Positions 55,211 through 64,000 of a stretch of DNA of 64,000 nt are shown here, piece by piece. Source of the DNA: Ascoidea asiatica JCM 7603 (Eukaryota; Fungi; Ascomycota); the NCBI GenBank assembly GCA_001600695.1, contig BCKQ01000004.1, forward strand, positions 145,608 to 209,607, written 5' to 3'. The notes beneath the pieces are model-generated. The model was not told where the DNA came from, did no database searches, and was given only the letters and a program-made list of their open reading frames with translations. Within the stretch, counting starts at the first letter, position 1; each line of letters begins with the position of its first letter. Position numbers and translations under genes: made by a program.

Positions 55211-56164
55211 TTATACTATAAAAAAGCTTTTCAATAAATCAATTGATATTCTTATATATTTACTTCTCCAAAGTAGTTTTTTTGTAGCAATAATTATCGG
55301 AGAGTTATTGAAAAATATTATATTCAATAAGATTATAAATAAATTTTTAATTGTGACAATTTTTCTTATGATTACAAATAAATAAATTGGGTAAAATAGA
55401 AATATTGTTAGCAAAATTCTAAAATATCCGTAATTTTTTGGAAAATTTATTATTTTCTGAAGATTTAGTAGTTTTTTGTTTTCATATGATTGAAATTCAT
55501 AATCATTATTGCTATTACTATTATAATTATTGTTATAATTGTTTTTATTTGTGCTATTAGAAGTCATGGAAGAATCTCCAATTGAAATATCATCCAATGA
55601 AGATATTCCCAATAAAACTTCAACTTTCATAATAATGATATTGAAAATATTTATAACTTCTTGCAAATCATTTATAGACTGAAAATTATTTTCGCTTGAT
55701 TGAATTGAAGAAAAAGATAAATTTGAAGAATTATTTCTTTTTGAATATAAATCACTGAAATCAGATTTATTAAGATTGGAATCATCTATAATTTGAGTAT
55801 TGTTCATTGAATTTAAATCACCAGAATAATAAAACTTGACAATATAAATGAAGTAGCAAGTAACAAAAATAAAACCTGGAATAATCAATAAATTATAATA
55901 GAATAAAATTAAATTAACTATCAATATAAATAAAAAATTTGCGTAATAGAAGTCATTTTGAGTCTCTACAGAAGTTGAAGTCCATAAAAAAATATTTAAA
56001 ACTTCGTTAAAAATCAACAAAAAAGGATAAATGTTAAACAAAGTTGAAGTTATAACTGATGGAGTTTTAAGGATTAAATCCTTAGAATCATAATAAAAAG
56101 AATTCAGTTTATTCGCAGATGCCAACGAAGGAGAAAACTCTGCTCTAATTTGTTTCTGCAGCAT
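55211..56164 (-). CDS. Pex23/Pex30-family reticulon-like ER/peroxisome membrane protein lacking the dysferlin domain
   Basis: RAEF, TPSVITSTLFNIYPFLLIFNEVL..FLWT and LLWRSKYIR resemble the Pex30/31/32 N-terminal half as recalled; several TM segments. Confidence 0.65.
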   Translation of the reverse strand: MLQKQIRAEFSPSLASANKLNSFYYDSKDLILKTPSVITSTLFNIYPFLLIFNEVLNIFLWTSTSVETQNDFYYANFLFILIVNLILFYYNLLIIPGFIFVTCYFIYIVKFYYSGDLNSMNNTQIIDDSNLNKSDFSDLYSKRNNSSNLSFSSIQSSENNFQSINDLQEVINIFNIIIMKVEVLLGISSLDDISIGDSSMTSNSTNKNNYNNNYNSNSNNDYEFQSYENKKLLNLQKIINFPKNYGYFRILLTIFLFYPIYLFVIIRKIVTIKNLFIILLNIIFFNNSPIIIATKKLLWRSKYIRISIDLLKSFFIV

Positions 56165-56782
56165 TAGTAATAATATAAATTCATAAAATCTTGAATCAAA
56201 TCTTAAATTAAATCAATTAAAAGTTGCTTAAGAATCTTTGATAAATTGATTGAACTTGATTAAAATATATACAATTGATTTAATTATTCAAACTTTTTTC
56301 ATTGTAAAAGAGGATAAACTCTCATCATTGAAAATCCATTTAGATAATTTAGATAATTATCAATAGTTGAAAGCCTCGAAGCCTGTGGGTTTGTTGCTTT
56401 CCCCAAACTCAGGACAAAAACAAGTAGAAATTGGGACAAAGTATAGCTGCACTCTGATAATTATTGGGTAACTCCGGATCCGCATAAAATTAAAAATGCC
56501 GTTCAAAAAATATAAATGTTATTTGATCCGTATTTGGATTATGTAAACCGCAAATGCGGATATACGTGCTGGACTCTGTTAAATGAAAACATTGATTCAA
56601 GCATTGATTCATCACTTGAAAATATATTTATTTTGAGGAAGTTTATTGTTTAATGCTTTTAGAATATAATTAAATATTATTGAACTAAAGAATATTAGCA
56701 TCAGTGTAACCAGAGGGTATTTCATGAATATATTCGTTACTTCTTTTTTTCACTTAAAGCACAAACCGTTTAGGTAAAAGCA

Positions 56783-58234
56783 ATGGATAAATTGTCGGAT
56801 GATGAAGATGATGTTGATTTTTTTTTACTCTCAAACCCTAAAAAATTTCAAGAGAATTATATGAGGAAAGAAAAGAAAAAAGCAGAAAAAAGAGAAAAGA
56901 AAAAGGAAAAGAAAAAATCAAGAAGATTAAAAAAACATAAGAAAGAACAAGAGGAATTAGAGTTCATACAGGATTTGCCAAAATCAGATAAAATAGACTT
57001 AACAGAAGATGCTAGTTCCTTAACTTTGGAAAAAAATAAAAATAATGATAAAATCGGAGTAGATTGTGTACTATCCAAAATAAAACCAATTTTCTCCAAG
57101 GATATTGAAGATTTATATGATGATATGCTGGATTTAGAAGATTATAAACCTTCTCTTTCAAATCCTAATAAAAGACAAAAAATCTCAGCTTCTATACTTT
57201 CTATAACTCCTCCTCCAATAATTTCGCCTCTTAAAAGGTATTTAAAAAAAAAAAGCACAACTGTTGAACTATTTTCTGATAACGAAGAATATTTATCCGA
57301 TTTAAAGACCTATAATCAGTTTGAAAAAACTTTAAAATCCTTAGAAGAACGTATGAACTCTCCAAAACCCGAACTTGTATCAAGCATACACAATATTAAT
57401 AATAAAGGTGTTGGTTCTATGCCAAGTAAATTAAGTTCACAGACTTTCCCTGTAATTAGTGACAAAGAAATAAAGAGAATTTATGCTTTCACCGTTAGGT
57501 CTCTATTACCTGGAACCATTAATCAGGTTGTTCAAGTTGAAATTTCAGGTGAAAAAAAACTTAAAAAAGTTATATCAGCCTCTTTAAAGCATTTTGCCAA
57601 AAATTTTTTCATTAATCCTATAGATCGTCCTCTTTATTCCTTATCTAGAGTTCTTTTCATATGGAAAGATTCCATTAAACTATTTGAATACATGAAGCCA
57701 AGCTCTCTAATGATTGAACCACCTATTGTAGATTCTATGAAAACCTATGTGGAAATAAAATTAGTGACAAAGGAGCAAGCTGAAGTTATTCTTTTAGAAA
57801 GAAAACAAAAACAGACACTAATACCCAATGATATTGAAGAGGTTGAGGAATTCATTAACGATGATATCCTAAATAAGAATGGGTTGAATCGTGAAAATGA
57901 AGATATAGACGAAGAAGATCTTGAGGATATCGAAGATATTCAAAACATTTTAAAAGAATCAAAAACTGATGAAGCAATTGACACACAAGTAAATGATGAT
58001 GGTCATTTTATTATCGGAATAAAGGGTTCTGATAATAAAAGAATTGAAGTTAAAGTTAATGGAGATACACCACTTATAAATGTAGCTAAATATTATTTAG
58101 AGAAAAAAAATGTGAATCCGGCAAATATAAACAAATTAAAATTAATATTTGATGACGAAGAACTAAATTTAAACCAAAAGATTAAAGACACAGAACTTGA
58201 AGAAGATTTTGAAATAAATGTTTACATATCGTAA
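56783..58234 (+). CDS. ESC2: Esc2/Rad60 tandem SUMO-like-domain protein
   Basis: N-terminal DDDVDFF; two SUMO-like domains, the last ending KLIFDDEEL...IKDTELEEDFEINVYI. Confidence 0.8.
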   Translation: MDKLSDDEDDVDFFLLSNPKKFQENYMRKEKKKAEKREKKKEKKKSRRLKKHKKEQEELEFIQDLPKSDKIDLTEDASSLTLEKNKNNDKIGVDCVLSKIKPIFSKDIEDLYDDMLDLEDYKPSLSNPNKRQKISASILSITPPPIISPLKRYLKKKSTTVELFSDNEEYLSDLKTYNQFEKTLKSLEERMNSPKPELVSSIHNINNKGVGSMPSKLSSQTFPVISDKEIKRIYAFTVRSLLPGTINQVVQVEISGEKKLKKVISASLKHFAKNFFINPIDRPLYSLSRVLFIWKDSIKLFEYMKPSSLMIEPPIVDSMKTYVEIKLVTKEQAEVILLERKQKQTLIPNDIEEVEEFINDDILNKNGLNRENEDIDEEDLEDIEDIQNILKESKTDEAIDTQVNDDGHFIIGIKGSDNKRIEVKVNGDTPLINVAKYYLEKKNVNPANINKLKLIFDDEELNLNQKIKDTELEEDFEINVYIS

Positions 58235-58755
58235 CTGTCGCAGACTTATTTGGTCTATGATTTAATAAAGGCAACTTACCAGTTCTTTTTATTTCATATG
58301 TGCTGAACCTTTCAGAAATTGGGAAATATTTTAGTCCAAATAGTGTTATTTTCGATTGATTTTACAAAAATAGTATGAATTCATTCTTCAAATATAAGGC
58401 AATTGCTACATGGAATAGTAAATCATAGAATACAAAAAAAAATTTATACCAAAAGAATAAAATATGATCAATACCTGATGTTCCAATCCTATATAATCAA
58501 ACTGTCGGATTTGTGTTGCACTTTAATGTTGATTATAACAATTTTTAAAAGAAAGAAAGTTAAGGAAAGTTTCACAGTCAAGGTCATAATAAAATAAATT
58601 TAAAGAAAGTTAAAAAAATTTGTTATTATATCTATTGTTGAATAACTACTTTTAATTAGTCAGAAAAATCAATCTAGAAGGACAAACTAAAATTCAGAAT
58701 CATTTAATCATATATAGTATATAGAATATGAAGATTTAATATAGATCTAAATTAT

Positions 58756-60741
58756 TTATGCTTTGGGTAAAGTGCTAACTCCAGTTTCCTCGACGGCTCC
58801 TCCATTTATTATATAATTGCATTTCCATTTGATTTTAACTGCTTGATTCTTCTTGACATTACCAACAGTTAAAGATTGAATGATTCCATTTTCCTGCATT
58901 GGTCTTAAAAAGTTATTTGATTGAGGATCCAAAGTTAATTTTAACGATTTTGGCACTGCAATAAGATTTGTTAAACTATCAATTTGAGAAAACAAGGATA
59001 AATTAGAGAAAAGAACTTTAACAGAAATTGAGTTTTCTTCCTTACGTTCCACCTCGTAATCAATTCGTAAATTTTCTGATTTATGAATTGTAAGTTTGGA
59101 GGGTTGAATTGAAGAGTTTTCTGAGTTATTAGTATTGGATTTTATTGGAGAATTCGATAATCCTAATAGAGAATCCAATCCTAAAAGATCACCAGACTGG
59201 TTATAAGAATTGCTTTGATTTCCTTGTTGTAAAGGTGCTTGACTCATTTTGTCTAAGTTTTGTAAATTTTTCAAGGAATCAAAAGCATTCATGGATGAAG
59301 CTTGCTGGGACGTTGGATTCTGACTACTAGGATTTGTAGTTGTTGGTAAAGTTATACTACCTGATTGGCCATAAAGATTATTTAGATCTAGGATATTAGA
59401 AGTTGAATTAGAGGAATTGGTATTATTAGAACCAGATAAGTCTAAATCGCCTAATAAATCCAAAATATTATCAGATTTGTTCATATTTGGTGGGTGAGAT
59501 GAAGAATTACTATTTGGACTTACATCGTCATCAAAATTGATTAAATTTGCTGAATTTCCATTTGTTTGAATTTTTGAAGCAGCCTCATAATCATTGTTTT
59601 TTAGTAAATCGTATTTTTTAATAAGAGAATTAGCAAGTTCGCTGAACTCAATCAATTCGGCTACTGATTCTTCATCTTCATTATCTTCCTCCACTAAACC
59701 TTGAAGTTTTGGAGTTGAAACTTTTAAGGCATTATATAACTCTGACATAGTCTCAAAAGTTGACGAATCATCACTCTCGGGTTGATAACTATCTAACATT
59801 TCAGATAAAACTTCTGCTTTAACTTTCAATTTATTAATATCTTCAGTTAATTTAGCTTTGGATGATTTTATAGCCTCTTCATCTTCTTGGAAGCCAGACA
59901 TTATCTTCATAAGCTTATTTGCCTCCTTTAAATCACCAGGTCTACCTCTTCTAATCAATTCCTGCAACTTAGCAGACATTGCAAGTTTTTCTTCCTTATG
60001 GATTTCAGTCAAAGATTTCAAATTATCAGAAGGATTCAAAACAGCGAAATCCTGGGCCTTAACTTCAGGAAATATATAACCTTTATAAGCTAATAGCCTG
60101 TGCATATCTCTAATGAAACCCAAATCTTCCTTATAACGCGAAGTTTTGCCAATTGTCTGAGTCCATTCTTCAATATATGTTAAGATAATTTTTTGGACTC
60201 TTGTATATCTAGCAGGTGGTCTTTCAGGAAATCTTTTAACCAAAGAATTCAAAAATTCTTTTCTTGAAATTTGTAAATGAAATGGATATCCACAATTCTT
60301 AACAAGAACATCCAATAAATTAAGGGCATTCATCGCAATATATGGGTCTCGGTGATTAATTAAGTTCACTACATTTGCAGCAGCTTCATGAGGTCTAAAA
60401 CAAAAAGTTGTTAGAATGATAAAATCAAAAAAAAGTTTATGGAATGATTAAAAAAAATTTGAAAAAAAAACATACGCTGCACCTTGCTTTTCATTGATTA
60501 AATCAGCAATCTCAAAGTTAAGAGCCATATCTGGCTCATTGGCTTGACATGCTCTACCTAAATAAAAACTTCTAGATTAGTAAACTTGAATTGCTATATT
60601 AACTTCTATTTCAGTTGTTTTGATTTTGGTTTGATAGATTGTGCTAGTATCAAAACAATGAATTAAAACTGAAAGGATTTCTTACATACGAATTCTTCTA
60701 AAGAGTTTAGACGGAGTAGCTGTAGATTCTGAAAAGGACAT
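58756..60741 (-). CDS. GGA2: Gga clathrin adaptor (VHS-GAT-GAE); exons 60741-60690, 60557-60476 and 60394-58756
   Basis: Spliced N-terminus LFRRIRRAC..NEPDMALNFEIADLINEKQGAAP; LLDVLVKNCGYPFHLQISRKEFLN; AKLQELIRRG; AVPKSLKL.LDPQS. GGA1 versus GGA2 not resolvable. Confidence 0.92.
60395..60475 (-). other. GGA intron 2 (81 nt)
   Basis: GTATGT donor, TTCTAAC (60416-60410), TAG acceptor; frame preserved. Confidence 0.88.
60558..60689 (-). other. GGA intron 1 (132 nt)
   Basis: GTATGT donor, TACTAAT (60582-60576), TAG acceptor; frame preserved. Confidence 0.85.
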
Positions 60742-61446
60742 AATAGTAATTATAGATAAATTTGAGAACTAAATTTTGTAAACTTGCACAAGGTTGATAC
60801 CATAAAATCCATAAACTAATACACTATTGAAAAAAACGTGAAATTTTTTGGTTTTCTTCAAAAAGCTGTGTTTTTGGATATAAATCAATAGCTATCAATT
60901 GATAGTAATACTAAAGATATTGATTATAAGAATAAGTTAATGAATAAAAAAATCTTCTATGAAAGAATCTTAATTCGGCTCTACAGCTAGGTATTAATAA
61001 AAGATTGTCAAATATTTTAATATGATATCTGACTGTGTCTTTGAGGATGTTTGTATTTAAAAGGGGTAACGTAATCTAGAGAGCTCAACTCGCGATATCG
61101 GTACAGCACAAGAGTACCGGTACACCAGCACTTTTCATAAATTGGGCCCACTCTCAATTTAGGTCACTTTTGAGTGTCCATTTAATGCGCTTGAGGAATA
61201 GATCTAGAGTCTGGAGTAAAATATTACTTTAGTATTACAATCATTTATTTTGAAAAACTAACATTTACATTTATTACCCGAATATTTTCAGATTGTGAAA
61301 ATAAATAAACAAAAAAGGAAGAACTAAAGTTCAAGAAATAAATAAAAAATTAAGAATCTTGATATTACTCTAGAAATCGTTCATTAGGGCTTGATGAAGC
61401 GAGAAAACCAAGTAAAATTAAAATTTCAAAATGTCTGACAATGCCC

Positions 61447-61448
61447 AA

Positions 61449-61471
<23 letters not shown>
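61447..61471. repeat. A25 homopolymer
   Basis: 25 consecutive A downstream of the RGA-type gene. Confidence 0.9.
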
Positions 61472-61483
<12 letters not shown>

Positions 61484-61650
61484 ATTGTATCAACAAAAAA
61501 AAAAAAGTGCTATACAATCAGATAAAATAAAAACAAAAAAAAGAGTAAATAACACAAGTAACGTAATAAAAATATAACAAACAAAAATAAATCTACAAAA
61601 AAAAGTTAAATGAAATCCAAAATCATTTTTTTCCCAGAAAAAGAATTAGT

Positions 61651-63905
61651 TTAGAGGTTTACATCCTTGAAAATTCCAGCATAGTTTTTGATCAATACCC
61701 CAGTTACATCATTTTTTGCCTGCATATCTATAATATCTCTCTCTCCAGTCAAATCTCTCACTAGTGTTGGAGCAAAAACAATAGCCAAGTTATGAATACT
61801 CATAAGATTAACATCAGAATTTTCCGATATCAAACATAAATGCTTTGATAATACATATAAAATTGTTTTATGAGATTCAGGGAGAGTTTCAACAATTTTG
61901 TGTAATCTCTCAATTTTTTTGTCCAAGGTTTTCAACTTATAAACATTAATAAAAGATTCATAACAAGAGTATGTGATAACCGGCTCTGGAAGACGACGTA
62001 AAAATCTTTTTAAGGCACTTGTTACTGCATTGATATCACAGTTTAATGCTTCTTCAAGTTCAGGCGATGTGGTTTGACCTTCTCCAAGATTTTCAAAAGA
62101 TTTTTCTATCAACTCAATTTGAGAGCTTCCCCCACTTTTACGATAAATTCCTTCACTATCTAAACCTTCCCTTTCAATTTCTTGTATACAAGTAGTGATT
62201 AAAATAGGAATGTTTCTTTTTTCTTTTTTAACTCTATCTTCTAAGCTTACTCCTGTTTCCTGATCTGAAGCATTGTTTGAATGATTAGTGATACTATTCA
62301 TACTTATAGCATGACTCATTAAAGAGTTAACTGAAGAATTTGGCTGAAGTTGGTTTGAGCTACCACTAAAAGATTGGGAATTAGGTAAAGATATTAGATT
62401 TTTTGCATCCTTTCCAGTCAATTTTCCAAAGGGTTTACCAACCTGAGTTCTTTTCCAAAATCTACCCTTAGTTTTGAATTTAGATGCCTCATTTAAGTCT
62501 AATGACCCGTTACCATGCTCTTCAATTGGAGAAATTGATGACGAAGCGTAAGGCTGAGTTACAATAATATTATTATCATTATAAGCAACTGAATTGATAT
62601 TTGAAGTACTTGGCTTATTGTTTAAGGTATGAGAAGAAGAAGAACTATTCAAATTACCATTACTAGAGTTTAAATAATTATTGAAATGACTCTGAGTGAC
62701 GAGAGGAGTGGTGATATAAGTTGACTGATCTTCAGATTTAACAGAAGCTTTTTGCAAAATTTTTTGATTTTGTTCAAATGTTCTTTTCTGAAGATCTAAT
62801 TCACGCTTAATACGATTTAATCCTTCTGTTAAATCCATAATTTCGAGATTTAGATTATCTCTTCTATCCACAAGGTCAGAAATTTCATTTCGTAAAGAAC
62901 TCACTTGTTTATTCATTCCATGAATTTCGGCTTTCAAAGATCTTAATTCTAATTCAGCCAGACTGGTTGCTTTAAAGGTATTAGCAGCATTTACATTAGG
63001 TGATAAGCTTGCCAGAATTTTATAAAAGCTTCCATCTAAAATAGAAGAATTTATATTATCTGAAGAAGATCTAGCATGAGAAGAATACGAAGGCAATGGA
63101 GGTGTTGCAAATACGGAAGTTGCAGATACAGGTGAAGCTTCAGATTTGATTCTATTATGACCTAATTTTGGAGTTTCTAACATAGATTCTTTATTCCTTT
63201 CTGAAGCTAAATTAGGATCTAAAGAAAACAGATAATTGCCACTTGATCTTTCTTTACTGTGCTTTAAATTACTATTTGATTGATCATTAGAATTACCTGA
63301 ATTACTTTGTGATCTTCTATGTTTACCAGAAAGGTTATTAATGATAGACTTTGGAGTTTTGGGAGATTTTATTGATAATGATCTTGTAATACTTGAGAAT
63401 TTAGATTTGGAAGTAGATTGAGTTGAAGGAATAGAACCATTTGATTCATTATTCGATTTATCATTGAATTTTAATAATTTATTCATTCTAGTTGGAGTAT
63501 TAGGATATGTAGTATGAGAATCATTTTCATCTTTTAACTTATGAGTATTTGATTCTGAAAGATTAAGATGTATATTATTTTCAGATTTCAAAAAATTATT
63601 ATCCTTCAAGTTTGATATATCTTTTGAAGATTTATCATAATTCGATTCAACCAAAGAAGTGTTATCAGAATCCATATCAATAAAATTATCTCTATCAATA
63701 GGTTTAGAAGGTGATTCCATAATTGAAGATATATTTGCATATTTTGAAATGAAATCCGTATTAAAGTTTGGGTTAGTTATGTCAATTGGACTTTTAGGTT
63801 TATTTTGTTTAAATTGAATGAAATCATGTTTTTGCATATCATCATCTCCTAACACAACAGTTTTTCTATTATGAATTGCCATTGGGGACAAATGAGTGTT
63901 ACGGA

Positions 63906-64000
<95 letters not shown>
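61651..64000 (-). CDS. Rga1/Rga2-type RhoGAP (5'-partial; frame continues off the window through poly-Asn)
   Basis: Coiled coil, KGRFWK, C-terminal RhoGAP GLDSEGIYRKSGGSSQI...NLMSIHNLAIVFAPTL; the expected LIM domains would lie outside the window. Confidence 0.82.
63907..64000 (-). repeat. (AAT)n perfect microsatellite, at least 31 units, in-frame poly-Asn
   Basis: Uninterrupted ATT repeat to the window end, in frame with the RhoGAP ORF. Confidence 0.95.

Noticed and set aside
1121-60079. Numerous 60-117-aa antisense or alternate-frame ORFs inside real genes
   Set aside because: Shadow ORFs of AT-rich coding sequence with no independent support

Overview
Very AT-rich budding-yeast (Saccharomycotina) chromosomal DNA. 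The poly-Asn-rich proteins, degenerate-branch-site introns and scarce CTG codons suggest an Ascoidea/Saccharomycopsis-like lineage; this is inference only. The window holds 24 recognisable host genes: MOT1 (partial), ADE8, ALG6, TYR1, ATG33-like, TRS33, IFM1, SAC7, YBL028C-like, RPL19, GLTP/HET-C2, TEC1, APL1, YOX1, YKU70, MSS51, OCT1, TEF4, NPP1, a KTR/KRE2 mannosyltransferase, CIA1, a DysF-less PEX30-family gene, ESC2 and GGA, plus the C-terminal part of an RGA-type RhoGAP. Five introns missed by the ORF track were reconstructed by hand. The most unusual object is a 6.3-kb full-length but decayed Ty3/gypsy LTR retrotransposon (40524-46839). It has 7-bp terminal inverted repeats and a 4-bp target duplication, no tRNA primer site next to the 5' LTR, no polypurine tract, pol running into the 3' LTR, and a hairpin-dense leader, which together point to non-standard priming. 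Other leads are possible non-standard CUG decoding, clustered Ssd1-type RNA elements upstream of TEC1 and YOX1, and a possible decayed gene at about 25.8-26.8 kb. Orthologue comparisons are from memory, not database searches.
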